The notes under the pieces were generated by a model that saw nothing but the letters and a program-made list of their open reading frames with translations, did not search any database and had not been told where the DNA came from. From Balanoglossus misakiensis (lineage: Eukaryota; Animalia; Hemichordata): 64,000 bases of DNA. The stretch spans positions 5,907,434 through 5,971,433 of the forward strand of contig CM082593.2 of assembly GCA_040954595.2 (NCBI GenBank), in the 5' to 3' direction. The position numbers and the translations under genes are program-made. Shown here in pieces: positions 51,282-63,988 of this stretch. Position 1 is the stretch's first letter. Each line of letters starts with the position of its first letter.

Positions 51282-54200
51282 ACAAAAGCATTTCGTCGAT
51301 CATAATAAGTAAAAAACAGACGGACACATTTTATTTATTTAATTTATGTCTGTAGCTGTCAGGCCACCAGCAGGCATCTCAAAGACGGAACCGTGACTAG
51401 AAAAAAAAATCATGTGTCTAAGGGGTGTGAAGAGAATTTCCAAGGCGGCGGAAGACGATTACAAGCCAGAAAACAAGCCCGGCAGTATCAGTGCGCAAAT
51501 TGACGGCGAGATGCGTAGACTCGCAGCAGGTGAAATCGGTTTCTCGTTTTGGCGGTATTTTGTGTATGAGAGCGGCCGACAGAAAAGACTTGCCGCCTGT
51601 AATCAGTCCGAGTAATTTGGGTTGCTGTTAGCAAATACGGTAGTCGCACCAGGGAAGCCCGCTAAGAGTACGGCCTGGTAAATATTCGCGTAGTCGTAGG
51701 GTGTCGGACCGGTTGCTTTGAACTCTGTTGGCTGCTCTCAGCATGCCAAATTCCCGTCGACCCAGACAAAACGCTCTCCTTGTGTGTTTGTTATATCTAT
51801 TTACAAGGGGACATTGCAGTGCACTCGATGGTCGGCTTCGTAGGGATACCTCTGTGTCTAGAGCTTCATTTCACATTCTTGTCTCGTCAGATCTGAGACA
51901 CATTCATTCAGTTGAGTTTGGCCCCGAATTCTTACAGGCAACTTAGAACCTAAAGCAAGAAAAACCACCAACGCCATTTTTCCCCACTCAGCTACAGAAG
52001 GAACAAAAGTACTAACGCGCTTATTGAGTACCAGTCGCACATATCCAGTTTCGCAACCGTCTCCAATATTAGTGGACACCGAATTGGGGAATTTTCAGAT
52101 CCACGACATGCTGTGAGCTTGTGGTGTCGTCGACACGTTTTTACACTGGCGGTCGCTTTCTTTCGGGAAAGTTTTTTTTTCTCTCTCTTTCTGACGCGCG
52201 GTCTGTGTGGTTTAGCCGCTATCGCACAGGGTGGTTTCCACTCCCCAAAGTTGTTCTCACCGTCGCCTTGTGAGCTGTCAACCGTGAACTATGAAAGTTC
52301 TCGCCACTTGTTGGCGTCAAATAGCAGGGTGGAGTACATTTACAGAAGAAGCCATTCTTTTGGAAAATATTTCACCATAAATAAATTTCAGTAAACCACA
52401 AAACTGCGACTAAAAACCTCACTGCGTGTAAAACGTTACGCTTTGCTCGCTTCAAATTCAGTTCCCACCAGCTTGAATCAAAACCAGAAAGAGACCACAC
52501 TTGATTGGTTGGTGGCCAACCATGGAACCTGCAAGTGGCCAATGAGAGACGTTGTTCAACGTGTCATTGATTTGTTGATTTTCACACTTTATTAACCTGT
52601 CAATCAACCGTTATTTTGACAGACTCGCCGCTTCCGCTGCCGACTTGTACATCGTTCATAGCCCCATAACGGTTTAAAATAACTTTACACAAAGACCAAG
52701 CCTAATAACTTGAGTCAACAGTTACCATAGCAACAACCCACCAGATTAATTCCTGTTTACGCGCCATTTTTCGCTTGAAGACCAAATATGTTTAGCGCAC
52801 GCCCAGTTGGTAGAAGACATACCATTTCCACACTGAAATGGCGCATTATATAAACATTATTTTACTCATTATCGCATACTTCATTTATATGTTCGTCCCA
52901 GGCTTAATTTGTTCCAGATTCATTATTTTGAACGCGTTTTTTATTAATCAGGGGATTTCTATAATGTGGGGGAAATATACCCTTGTCAATTTGTGATTGA
53001 TTGAGATCTGAAATCTCATGAAATAACGACCCACTCGTTTGGAGGACCCGGATTTGACAAGGCCAAGTACACTTGAACTTGTGACGAGTTACACTTGTGT
53101 CGCGCTCATGACCGTCACAAAATGCTCATATCCGCTTCCCTTTATCTATTACTTTCTGGTCTATGTTTGGCTTGAAAACTGGACGTCTTCAATGTGTAGG
53201 CGCTTTCCATTCGCGCTTTTCTGTTCTTTTCAGAGGGCCCTAGATCGGCTTCTGTCCAGTGCGAGGGTTCTACGGCGGCACTCTCTCTGATGCCTGGGTG
53301 TCAATCAATCTCAGCGCTGACATTTTGAAGGTCTTGGTTGCTTGGAGACAATCTGTTGTTGGAAGCGTAACCAGTCACGCGCGCGTACGATTCGTTGGTG
53401 GTCAGATATAAACCATAGAGATGGCCAAAAGTGACAATTGAGGGGGAAAAATGAGTAAAGAAATCGTGATCATTTTCTTTTCCATTGATCATGGCTATTT
53501 TTGGTCCAATGTATTAGTACTCTGTGCTGTGATATTTTGACTTTCATTCATTAATTCATCGATCCGATTTTAATCAAGATTTTCGATCTCAACCCTGAAA
53601 CAGCTTCAGCCAAGTAAAAGTGTGACGAGAAACTGTTCTGAATTGCTTGTGTGCAAAATGGGAGAAAACCGACACCACAAAGACATGCAAAGTCCTTTCT
53701 GCCACGAACCCAACGCGCACGCGCAATCCCCCCCCCCCCCCCCCCCCCGTTGTTATCGACCAGTTTCACACAAAAATACCGGTCGAAATTATGACTGCGC
53801 GCTTTCTGGAGAGAAAAAAAATACCGCCAGTGTTGGTTTTGATTTGCGGGTGGTCTAGTCGTCATGGTGTGGTACCGTCTAGCCTATCACTCCTTGCCGA
53901 AATCTGCAACCAACCGACATACTTCCCATATTTGCCTAGCGCGAACTCCTCGCCCGTCCCTCTGCAAGATATCGGCCATGTTGTTTGGCCCGCAGCGCTG
54001 ATAAACTTCACAGAGACTCGCCGACGCAATTAACATAAGGTTCCCTACTTGAGACTTGACTGTTATGTGTTTGCAGCGTACTGATATGGGCGTGTCTGTT
54101 CTCACTTTTCAGGCCAACACCAGCGTGCGGACGCCGCATCGAATCCCAGCCAGGCACTCCTACGTCCCTCCAAGGCATCGCTCCCCTGGGTATCACGCTG

Positions 54201-56093
54201 TTTCCGTCAAAGGTTATTCAAAATCCCATAGAAAGTGGCGCACAGGGCATTTCCACTCCACCAGGAATAACCACCCAGTTATTCGTATTTTTTTTCCTTC
54301 GGAGTATAAAACATTTCACTCCCGGCAAACTTCTTACTTCGTTGATCAAATCTTTAACAGGTTAGTGTTTTTTCTCAAGTGTCTCTAAGCGCCACTTTGC
54401 TGTTTTCCCGCCACCACTTCAAGCTCTTTTCTTCGACAGGTTCGTAGACTCCTGTGTGTTTTTGTCCCTTGTAGTATAGATGCTATCCTCAATACGCCGA
54501 GGCGCTTTTTATGTATAGACCAATATATGTCACCAGATAACCCGAGCTGTACTCAAACGCTGGTGGCGCTCTAACCAAAAGATGCGCCTCAGCGGGATTC
54601 GATACTTCAGCCCTGCCCTCTGCCTAACAGTTCGGTCCTTTGATGAAAGAAGCAAATGAATTTTGGAGAACACAGTTTGCGCCTAAGTGCAAAGTATTTG
54701 AAGACTGCCTTAGAAGCGTCTGCAATCCATAGGAGTTTCTTTTCATGTGATGAATATTTTATCCTGAGACAAACACTGAAAACGTTGCAACCATAAGAAT
54801 ATCCGACAAACGCCTCACAGCAATGCAAAAACGGGTGTTAAAACAAAAACATTACACGGGCAATGTACTTAGATTGAAAAACGAGACTTCACCGCTCTCC
54901 CTCGACTAATACGTCTATCTACGGTGACGGATTGTCTGGCAGTCCACTGACAGTCTGGTGATCATTCCGAACCTTTGAGACGGAAGACACGATCTCCAAA
55001 GGATTTTAATGAAGTCAAGTCACGGGTTTGTGCAATCATTTTTTTACCAGGATTCCCGAACAGTGAAAAAAAACACCCTTACGGGCTTAAGTATGGGTCC
55101 GCCATGCAAAGTCTTATCAAGACTGAACACAGGCTTGGAAATCTGTACACTAGTATTGTGGCGGTCGGATTTACACATCAATTGTTTTGACTGCAGGCAA
55201 AAGACGCGCATCGATAGCAGCGCCGGGTCAGTTCTACGAAACGCAGATAAAGCGGGAAGTCTCAGCGTTTATCTTCCTCTCACGACTCGGGGCCAAGTGA
55301 AAGCAAAAAATATTGCCGGGAAATATCACAGATAATTTCCGTGGCAGCTAGTAGCCAGGTCGTGACCGGAGAAGGATGTTCCCGGCGAAAAGGACAAGAT
55401 AACGAAGGAAACGTCACCCACGCATCTACTTAACTGCGCGATTTTGAAAACTCGGGAAACTGCAAAGAGGGAAAGTAGACGCTAGCTTCCGGTCAAATTC
55501 GCAAAAAAAGAGCTTATATTATAATAGAAGGCGGCAAGTTTATTTTTTTTTCATAGGTCGACGAGATTGGTTCCTCTCACTCGGTGCAACACATCCGTGC
55601 ATTATAAATATACACACGATACTGTTCGTTCGCCTTGCAGCGGCGATTCATGATGTTTCCATGGCAACGTGGCTGCCATGTTGAGGAAAGCGTATTAGAC
55701 CAACTCTTTCACTTCGGAATCAAACGTAGCCCGCCGACCATTCAGAGTCGCAGTGAGTATTCTGCGCGACATTGAACTCGCGTTGCGGCGTCGATTTCAT
55801 GATGAGTTTTCTGAAAGGGTTTAATACAACCCTGGAGACTTTTTCGTTGATAATGGGTAGTTCGTCTTTTCGCATTCCATCATGGATCACGAAAACGTGT
55901 GAATGGAGTCGGTTTCACTGATCTCATCGGGAAATGTCTTTGTTTTGTTTAGTTTTGTATTGTTCAAGTGCCCAAGAGGGAGATGCTAGTTTTAGTCAGA
56001 CAGAAGGCATAACTAACGCCACACTCGAAAACTCCCGAAACAGACGTCTGAGCTGACGGAATAACGAAAAAAACAAAACAAAGTTCGTTGTTG

Positions 56094-56107
56094 TTGCTAG
56101 GGGGCGC
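56094..56107 (+). promoter_or_regulatory. CTCF-like motif
   Basis: TTGCTAGGGGGCGC. Confidence 0.45.
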
Positions 56108-56481
56108 TTCATATAAAAAGGCACTCGCGGACAAAGTAAAAAAAGTTTCAAGGTTCTAGCTTACAAAGTCTTAATTTTAGTCGATGCAATGATAATTTCT
56201 CATTAAAAATTAACAATTACCGCTCTATAGCTCTCTCATATCAAGGTTCTTAGATAGGCAGTTTCATTTTTATACTCAGGCTTTAATTTACTAGTATATC
56301 ATTTGCAGCTTATTTTATATCGAACAGTACATATTCATTTTGCACCCGGCTGTTTTCAATGATAAGGTCGGACCATTGCACTGGTTAATAGGAATGAAGG
56401 GGCACAAAACAAAATCCTTTATGATCGTTATTTATTTCATAAATTACAGGAATAAGAATTCTTTACATATACCTGATTAAG

Positions 56482-56513
56482 AAACAAGGCAGGGTATAAA
56501 ATACCTGCCCCTT
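56482..56513 (-). mobile_element. Possible 3' terminus of a Helentron/HINE-like element
   Basis: Minus strand reads ggcaggtat-ttt-ataccctgcc (hairpin with one bulge) running into ttgttt, as at DINE-1/HINE ends. The other end was not identified. Confidence 0.3.
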
Positions 56514-57446
56514 TGGACATCATACAAATCAGTATATTTTTCAAATGTTTTAGAGGCAAAATACCCTTAGCGAAAATCGTGCAGACTGGCAATTTCATTC
56601 CTGACATGCAGGTATGTGAAACAATCCAAAACACAGTATTGCAACATGGTTGAATTTCTCAAAAAAAAAAAAAAAAAATCAGCAAACAAAGCAAGACAAA
56701 TGTCAAAAGTAAATACAGAACTGAATAGAACAATAACTTAGAATTGTAAATTGTATCCATAAGACTTCAAAATCATGAAGCTCAGCAACAACGACAATCA
56801 CTAATCTTTGTAATTTTCCTAACGAGCAGAGGTGAGTCCATCCCCATAGTTACGGTCAAAGTTGAAAGGTAAAAGGTCAGTTGTAAATGTCAAAGGTTGA
56901 TGGTGGGAGCATACTGATTGTCGTGTGTTTGCATTTAAACTAAAACTGAGTGCGTGTTAGACTGTTAGAGAAATTTAGAGAAATGTTAGTTACCTCTGGA
57001 AAACACTAAACTACAACCCTAGTGAAACCATGCGCTTGGTGACACAACAGCCACTTGATACATGACTCACCACAGACATGAAAATTCAATATTAACATTT
57101 CAGAAACGTTTAACAGACAGCCACCCTGGAATGTGAACTCTTACCCGTATTATAAAAGTTTCCATAAATAAGCACTAAATCATTGAAATTATACATTACT
57201 CCTGTAATGTTTCTTGTTTATAATATTTTAGTGAGCAGTACCTGATGAAATGATAATATTAATATTGTAAGATATAAATGCTGTCTCATTCTGTGAACTT
57301 GTGCGTATGCATATTGCCATGGCAACAGAGAAACCCGTTAACCTTGTACAGAGGACACGAAGAGTCTGCATATGATGAGATTCAGTGATTATGAAACACG
57401 AAAGCATCACTGAAGGAGTTCCTTGACAACTGTTGTCATGGAGATA

Positions 57447-57939
57447 TTATTTCATCTTCGGTATTCTCCTCAAGTTGATGTAGGCGAGGATGAGAAATCC
57501 GAGGGACATGCAGGCCAGAGCCAGCTGATTGGACCAGATCCCCCAGTCAGAGTAGTCGATGTCTTGACGGTCCAGATAGGCCGTACCCGGCTCACTGAAA
57601 TCAATGCGGAAAGAAAAATAGTGTCGGTGGCACTACGCTTCCATTTGATCGGACGTATTGCGACCAATGTGAAATCAAAATCACATGTACTAAACACTAG
57701 ATCATTGTTATTGGCTTCCAGAGATCTCAATGGACTAACATTTCACCACTAGAGGGCGCTCCCCCACGAAGACCGTTGCCATGCACAACAGTGAACTTAC
57801 CAGACTGCGATGGGAGCCATGGTTGCATTGGCACCAGGAACCGTAGGAGCTGGCAGGTAATCACAGAATACCAAGTCTCGCAACTCGACAGCGCTCAGAG
57901 TCTGCAGAAGAAATACGACCCATAAATTTTACAAGGAAC

Positions 57940-57972
<33 letters not shown>

Positions 57973-60900
57973 CAGAGACAGAAGAGAGAGGGATACAACC
58001 ATTCACAGGTGATAACCTTGGCTATCCTGTGTTATCTTGTCTCTGAGCCCTCAAGGGCGTATTATGGTGCCAGGTTGAATATATACTAAGCCAGATTATA
58101 CTTACGTCTAAACTGTACTTGAAGATACTGAGATATGAAATCCACCTCAACCAGACGACTATTGTATTGAGATTCACAAGAAACCCACTGAACACCTGCA
58201 ATGAGAATTATCAGACATGTGAAAATTATTAGGAATTCCTGCGTTATTAGGAAAGGGCACTTTTTGTTATGTGTGTATTGCATGAACTTACCATCATAAA
58301 TACATAGCATAGGGATATATACAAATTGGCCAAGGCAGCTACAGATACCAATGAACTCAGGCAGAAAGCCAGAGAGGACGCACAGATGGCTGTTAATACC
58401 AGATTCAGCAAATAGATGAAAAAATTGTCCACAGCTACTTGAAAACCTGTAAAATATAAAGATATACACATCAGTGGAATCCATCTAATCTATAAATAAC
58501 TGGGTACGTCCAGCATTCATTATTCGATTGCAAGGTCACACAAGAACGACATAATCTTGGTTGACAAACTGCAAGGTGATAATACGATCACAAGTCAAGC
58601 ACACATGACTAAAACTGACCAATCATGAAGTAGGTCACTGCGGCGAATATGGTGGTGGGTATTATTCTCATTGGGATGAGGTCGCAGAAAACTTTGGCCA
58701 AGAAATAAGAAGATGCCCTGTAGTATCCACTTGCAGATTCGTGTCTGTGAGAAAGAAATACAAAAACAATTTCAATATTCAGCCATGCTAAGTCAATGAA
58801 GCTTCACATGCTGTTGTATGACATCCACAAATCAATATCCATAACATGTACATAGGCATCTTTTGTTGATCTGTGACTCTCTAGTAGGAATACTCTCATT
58901 GGTCAATTTGTATATCAAAGTTTATTCATCATTAATGTCAACCAATAGAAAACTTACATGAAAATAATCCGTTCCTGGATGAACAATTCCACGGCAGAAA
59001 GATTTCCAAAGACCATGTTCATGATGATGAAGAAAAAAGCACCGACTCTGAAATAGAAATATAAAGAATGTTCATGGCCACATCTCAGCCAAAGCATCTC
59101 AGTTTTACTACTTGAAGTACTGGTTCAGTTTAATTGTGAATGATACCTGTCCACTGAAAACTTCTGCCTTGTGAAAGTAAAAAGATAAACACGAAATTCA
59201 CCTGTTCTGTATTCCTGCAGTCAATGAATCATCCACCTGCCAATAGATTGCACCCACCACAGCAGCAAACACCAGCATAATAACCATCTAGAGAACAGAA
59301 TAAGAGACATTTTTGCCTTAGTGGATTTGGTTCTACATGTACTGGTATTTAAATATTGGTGCATACTAGAAATTCTCTGATTCCATTCAAGTGGCTGAGC
59401 TCTAACCTATCACAATTTTTTTCCGCAACCTTGTATTCCATTGCCTAATCCCCCCTGGCAGACTGTGCTACTGCGACCTTTAATGAGTTTGTTGACCTCT
59501 GGCGGAACAGCGGCATATGTTGAACAGTTTCAACGTGGTCTTACCTGCATAATGCTTATGAAAGGATTGCGCACTAAATTCAACACTGTTCTCTTGGACA
59601 GCTGCGATAACTGCAACGAAAAAAAATAATTCGTGAAAGTCTGAGACAGAGATTGATATTTGTTTGAGGCTGTTTTCTGTGACATGCCACAGTTGTGACG
59701 GAAAAAATGACTGGGATATACAGAGCTACCATTTTATTTCCCAATAAACAGTTCTAAGGCCATCCAAAATGGCTTCTATGTTTCTCACTCACCTGTCTGC
59801 CGAAAGAGCTGATGTATTCTGTTTTCTTGATGACCGGTTCTTCGTTTCCGTTGAAGGTTGTCAGAACGGGATTGAGTTTCTTGGCGAGTTCCCGGTTTGC
59901 CGAGGACTCGGCGAAGCACATTCCCAGCTTGTCCGGCTGACTATCGCCGTTGATACCGGCAAAGGCCTTTCCGTTCTCAGCCTCATCTGTGAACACGACA
60001 GAAAAAAAGGACAGGTTTGTCCTGACGCACTTTGTACTTTGAGGGTTTCGAAAGCTCAACCCGGGACTCCAAACACAATTTGGGAGAATTTTCACACCCC
60101 TATTACAGGGACGCTTCAACCAGTATCAAAGGAACAGGTCTCTGATTTTAACATGTTTAATTGGATTTGTTTCTTACCCAGTGTTGCTTGCACGGCTGAA
60201 GAATCTCCATTGATGACATCCAGGAAGAAATCAGCCGGATTATTGTGTTCCTCACAGACATGGCCTACGGAAAATATGTCAATGTAAATACATATGCAAC
60301 AATCTTGTTTATTATCACTGAAAATATCAGTAACAATTACTGGCAACAAAACAGAAAATGTCTAATGTGTAGAACATGTTCACTTACCCAAACGTGCAAA
60401 ATAATCCAAAGACTGGTCATTTGGTCCGTGGTAAACCGTCTCTCCAAGAGACAGTAAATGCAACGTGTCAAATAAACGATAAATGGAGTACCTCGGTTGG
60501 TGGATTGATAGGATTATGGTGCGACCATTTCTACCTAACCTGAAGCACAAAATACATGGGTGTCTATTTAGATCAAAGTGCAATATTGTCTGTAATTGTC
60601 TTACTCTTTACCCCAGAGTCAAATTATTATAGACATGTGCCTTTACCACATCCTCACATGGTGGTACACTTTTAGATGTCCAAGTAATGACCTCGGGCAG
60701 ATACAATGTATTCCTGTAATTCTCAATAGAGCAATTGATCTGTTCTTGCTTGAATAGAATTTTAAAGGGGCATTGTGTGTGCCTTAATAGTGAAGCAGAC
60801 GTCTTTGTCCTACAGTAAACATGGTAGATGAAAAAAGTGCTTATGTGAACTAAAAAGGTCGGGTGACCCCTGAAAGCAAAGACTGGTTTCATAATCTAGC

Positions 60901-63653
60901 AAGACAGCTCCCTTCCCTGGTGGTATATCCAGACCGTGCTTGAAGGAGGGTGGGTGGGGTGATCAACCCTCTCATCCCCTTTCTCCCCCCACGTGGGCTC
61001 AACCACCACATTACACAATGCAACAGACAAAACCAAAAGGTACTCAGAGGCAGGGTTGAATGTGTTAGATCGTTACCTGTGCAAGAGCAGCATAACAGCA
61101 TTGGCAGTGCTGGCGTCCAGTCCTGTGGTGGGTTCGTCAAGAAACAGAACAGACGGCTGGATGATCAGTTCCATTCCAATATTGGTCCTCTTCCTTTCCC
61201 CTCCAGATATTCCACGGATGAACTGTGTGCCGACCTTCACAGACAAGGAAAATGCATGCTTACATGATTGAGTCAGGAGAAATTATTTAGTTTGTCGATA
61301 ATTTGTGTTGTCATTTTTCTGTACGTGAACTTTTGTAGGGACTGAAAAATAAGAATCTTATGGAAATTAACCTTCTTCATTTATAAATGGCTACCTTCGA
61401 ATCTGCACAACTGTTCAGGCCGAGTTCAGTGATCACTTCCTGCACCCGTTCGTCTCGTTCTTTCTTTCTCACAGTTTTTGGCAGTCTCAGCGACGCAGAG
61501 AACGCGAGATTCTCCCTCACTGTCAGCGTTCCCATGACAACGTCATCCTTCGAAGAGAAGATATCGAGATGCGGTTTACTGGTGGAGCAACATGTACTGT
61601 TTCCATGGATTCAAAACATCACTGCGTGTTGAACAATCTGTGACTACAATGTCTTTTGTTTCAATAATGCGATGGTCAGTTTTGGGTAGCTAAACTCACC
61701 TGTACAACGTATCCAGACATGCACTTAAAATTATGAGGCTGTCTCTGTGAGTCTATCAAGACTTGACCTTTCAACCCTCTGGGGTCCTTCCTTCCAGCCA
61801 GGATGTCTAGCAAGCTGGAGAGTAGAAAAAATAGCATTACCGACACTGTGCTCCCATTTACCTAGAATACATACAAAATGGTGAAAATATCTATATAATA
61901 CTGCAAATGTTGCCATTTTGTACATCGAATGTACGACGAAGCATGCTCTGGTATTGAACACAGATAAAACTAATTTGACTTCTACTATCATTTCAGAGAT
62001 TCAGATTTTTCAAGATTCTACTTACGATGTCTTGCCACTTCCTGTCGGCCCCATTATTGCATTGACACCAGGAACAAATATTCCACTGTGACAGAGACAA
62101 ATTATCAGGGTTAAATCTTTCTATATTTGATATTAATTATCACATTGCAATGATTCCCAAATTCTTTATATATCATGTTTACTATATTTTTAGCAACCCA
62201 CTAACCACTAATAATTGAATATTAATTAAAAGTGGGGGTTTGAAGTGATTGCAAATTGCTTCCATTTGGCTCATCGCTTACATAGCCTGTGGCACACCCA
62301 ACAGAAATATATTAACATATAAGAAATATTTTGGGAAAGTTGTATACACTTAGATTAGACCAGTAAAATTTATCCATCTATGTCGATGTCCACTGCAGTA
62401 TGATCTGATGTATTCAGTCTTCCATGACTATGGCAGTTATATAGTGTAGCTGATACCCTGCATAGTTTTGCTGGATCTACACTACAGAGATTGTGTGATT
62501 ACCACTCCAGTAAACTGATAGCTGGTTGCATCATGTGCAATGAGAAGTCGATACAAATGAACTTGGGTTGACATTGACATGTTGACCTGTATACAGCTAT
62601 CAAACAAGTTGACTCTTATAAGTTATATAAGACACATACTTGAGATACTAGCTTTCCTAACTTTTCTTGACTACTGTAGAATACATGTACTTATTTTCAC
62701 TAGGAATTTATTTTCACCATTTCAGCTGGATTCATTTTTCTGCTAAAATAAAATCCCTGTGATTTTTTTTTTTATTTCCCATTCTGAACACATATGTTGA
62801 CAATGAAATAGTGAAAATAAAATCTCAGTAATACTATATATTTTGTTTTCGGTGAAAAATAAATTCTGGTGAATTGAAAATAAAGTATTCCACATTATTT
62901 ACCAATGAATAGCCACAAAGGCTAGTTCAACTTTAACCCTTTCTCCATCATGGTCTAGTCCAGCTCCATTGATTTCAATGGCAATTCTGGACCTCATGAT
63001 TTAGGAAAATGGGGGTGAACAGGTTAAATGTGCAACCCTGGAGAGCACAATAGTTCTGCAGTGAAATTTATAATACATAACCGACTAATTTACATAACAC
63101 TGTAACCAATTGTTATGATAATTAGCGGCTATTGTTTTCCCAAAATAAAGGGTATCAGCTTTAATTCATTGTTCTGGGGAGAACACTGCATAATATGAAT
63201 TACATATGGCAACATTAACATGTACATGTGAAAGTACGTTGTAGCTTTGTTGTTTACGCATCTACTGATAAAATTGGATAAATGTCGATTGTACGTCTAA
63301 TAACGAAAAATGTTACAAAGATATTTGAAAAATACTAGTAGTTACCTGACATCTGCAAGTATGTTTTTCTTTGGTTTTTTCCTTCCGGGTTTCACTGTAT
63401 ACACGATATCATGGAAAGAGACTGTCGCTCCTCGCACTTTCGATACTCCAATTCCAAACCGGCTTTTATGGTTTTCAACATCGTTGTGGATGACACGATG
63501 GTTATCTTCTTTGATTTCACACGGCTCTGAGATGTCGCCATTCCCTTCTTGTACGATCGGGGTCTGTGTTACGAGAGACACGGGGTGGGTAATGTCACTA
63601 TCAATATCATTTCCAGTGTTTTGGGAAAAATCGGCGGTTTGCGTGGATCCCAT
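57447..63653 (-). CDS. ABCG2: ABCG2-like ABC half transporter, about 695 aa, 16 coding exons: 63653-63346, 62085-62026, 61814-61700, 61547-61395, 61234-61077, 60539-60388, 60264-60178, 59986-59793, 59610-59545, 59287-59202, 59047-58958, 58744-58620, 58446-58292, 58195-58106, 57901-57801, 57594-57447
   Basis: All introns are GT-AG with consistent phases; total 2088 nt. Walker [11 protein letters not shown]-loop GYVVQDD, signature ISGGERKR, Walker [13 protein letters not shown]-loop [31 protein letters not shown], and C-terminus [13 protein letters not shown]. Confidence 0.96.
57746..57759 (+). promoter_or_regulatory. Consensus CTCF motif in the last ABCG2 intron
   Basis: CCACTAGAGGGCGC, an exact match to the core consensus. 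Confidence 0.55.
57939..57992. repeat. (GA)n/(GACA) microsatellite in an ABCG2 intron
   Basis: Directly visible. Confidence 0.9.
62688..62887. mobile_element. Degenerate AT-rich MITE-like inverted repeat
   Basis: tacttattttcactaggaatttattttcacc pairs with ggtgaaaaataaattctggtgaattgaaaataaagta. Confidence 0.45.
62937..63023. mobile_element. ~87-bp piggyBac-like MITE, copy 2, flanked by TTAA
   Basis: TTAA 62933-62936, CCCTTTC...GGGGTGAACAGG, TTAA 63024-63027. Similar to 2558-2643. Confidence 0.65.
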
Positions 63654-63857
63654 TATGTAGTATTGCACTAGTTTTGCAAAATGACTTAATCTAATATAAA
63701 AACCGTGAAAGTGGTATAAACCATTGACTACAATCACTGATCGACAGATACACTCTCGTTATGGAGGGACTGTGCTTTATGTCATCAGCGCGTGGTTTTC
63801 ACTGCATACTCAAAAATCATTTAGAAATTTACATATCTTACGTCATGAACAACTTAC

Positions 63858-63988
63858 ACGCTCACTCTCATCGGCACAATTCATTGAGAGGCGCCCGATC
63901 CGCGGGCACGGTCCAGCGGTGTTTGGAGAAATCTCGAACTCAAATTCTTCAGTGAATTAACGCACTGAGTCCCAGTATATAGTCACGC
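63858..63988 (-). promoter_or_regulatory. Candidate ABCG2 core promoter and first exon
   Basis: TATATA at 63981-63976; Inr-like TCACT with its A at 63953 (28 nt downstream); donor GTAAGT at 63857; acceptor ttttatattag ending at 63691. Confidence 0.4.
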
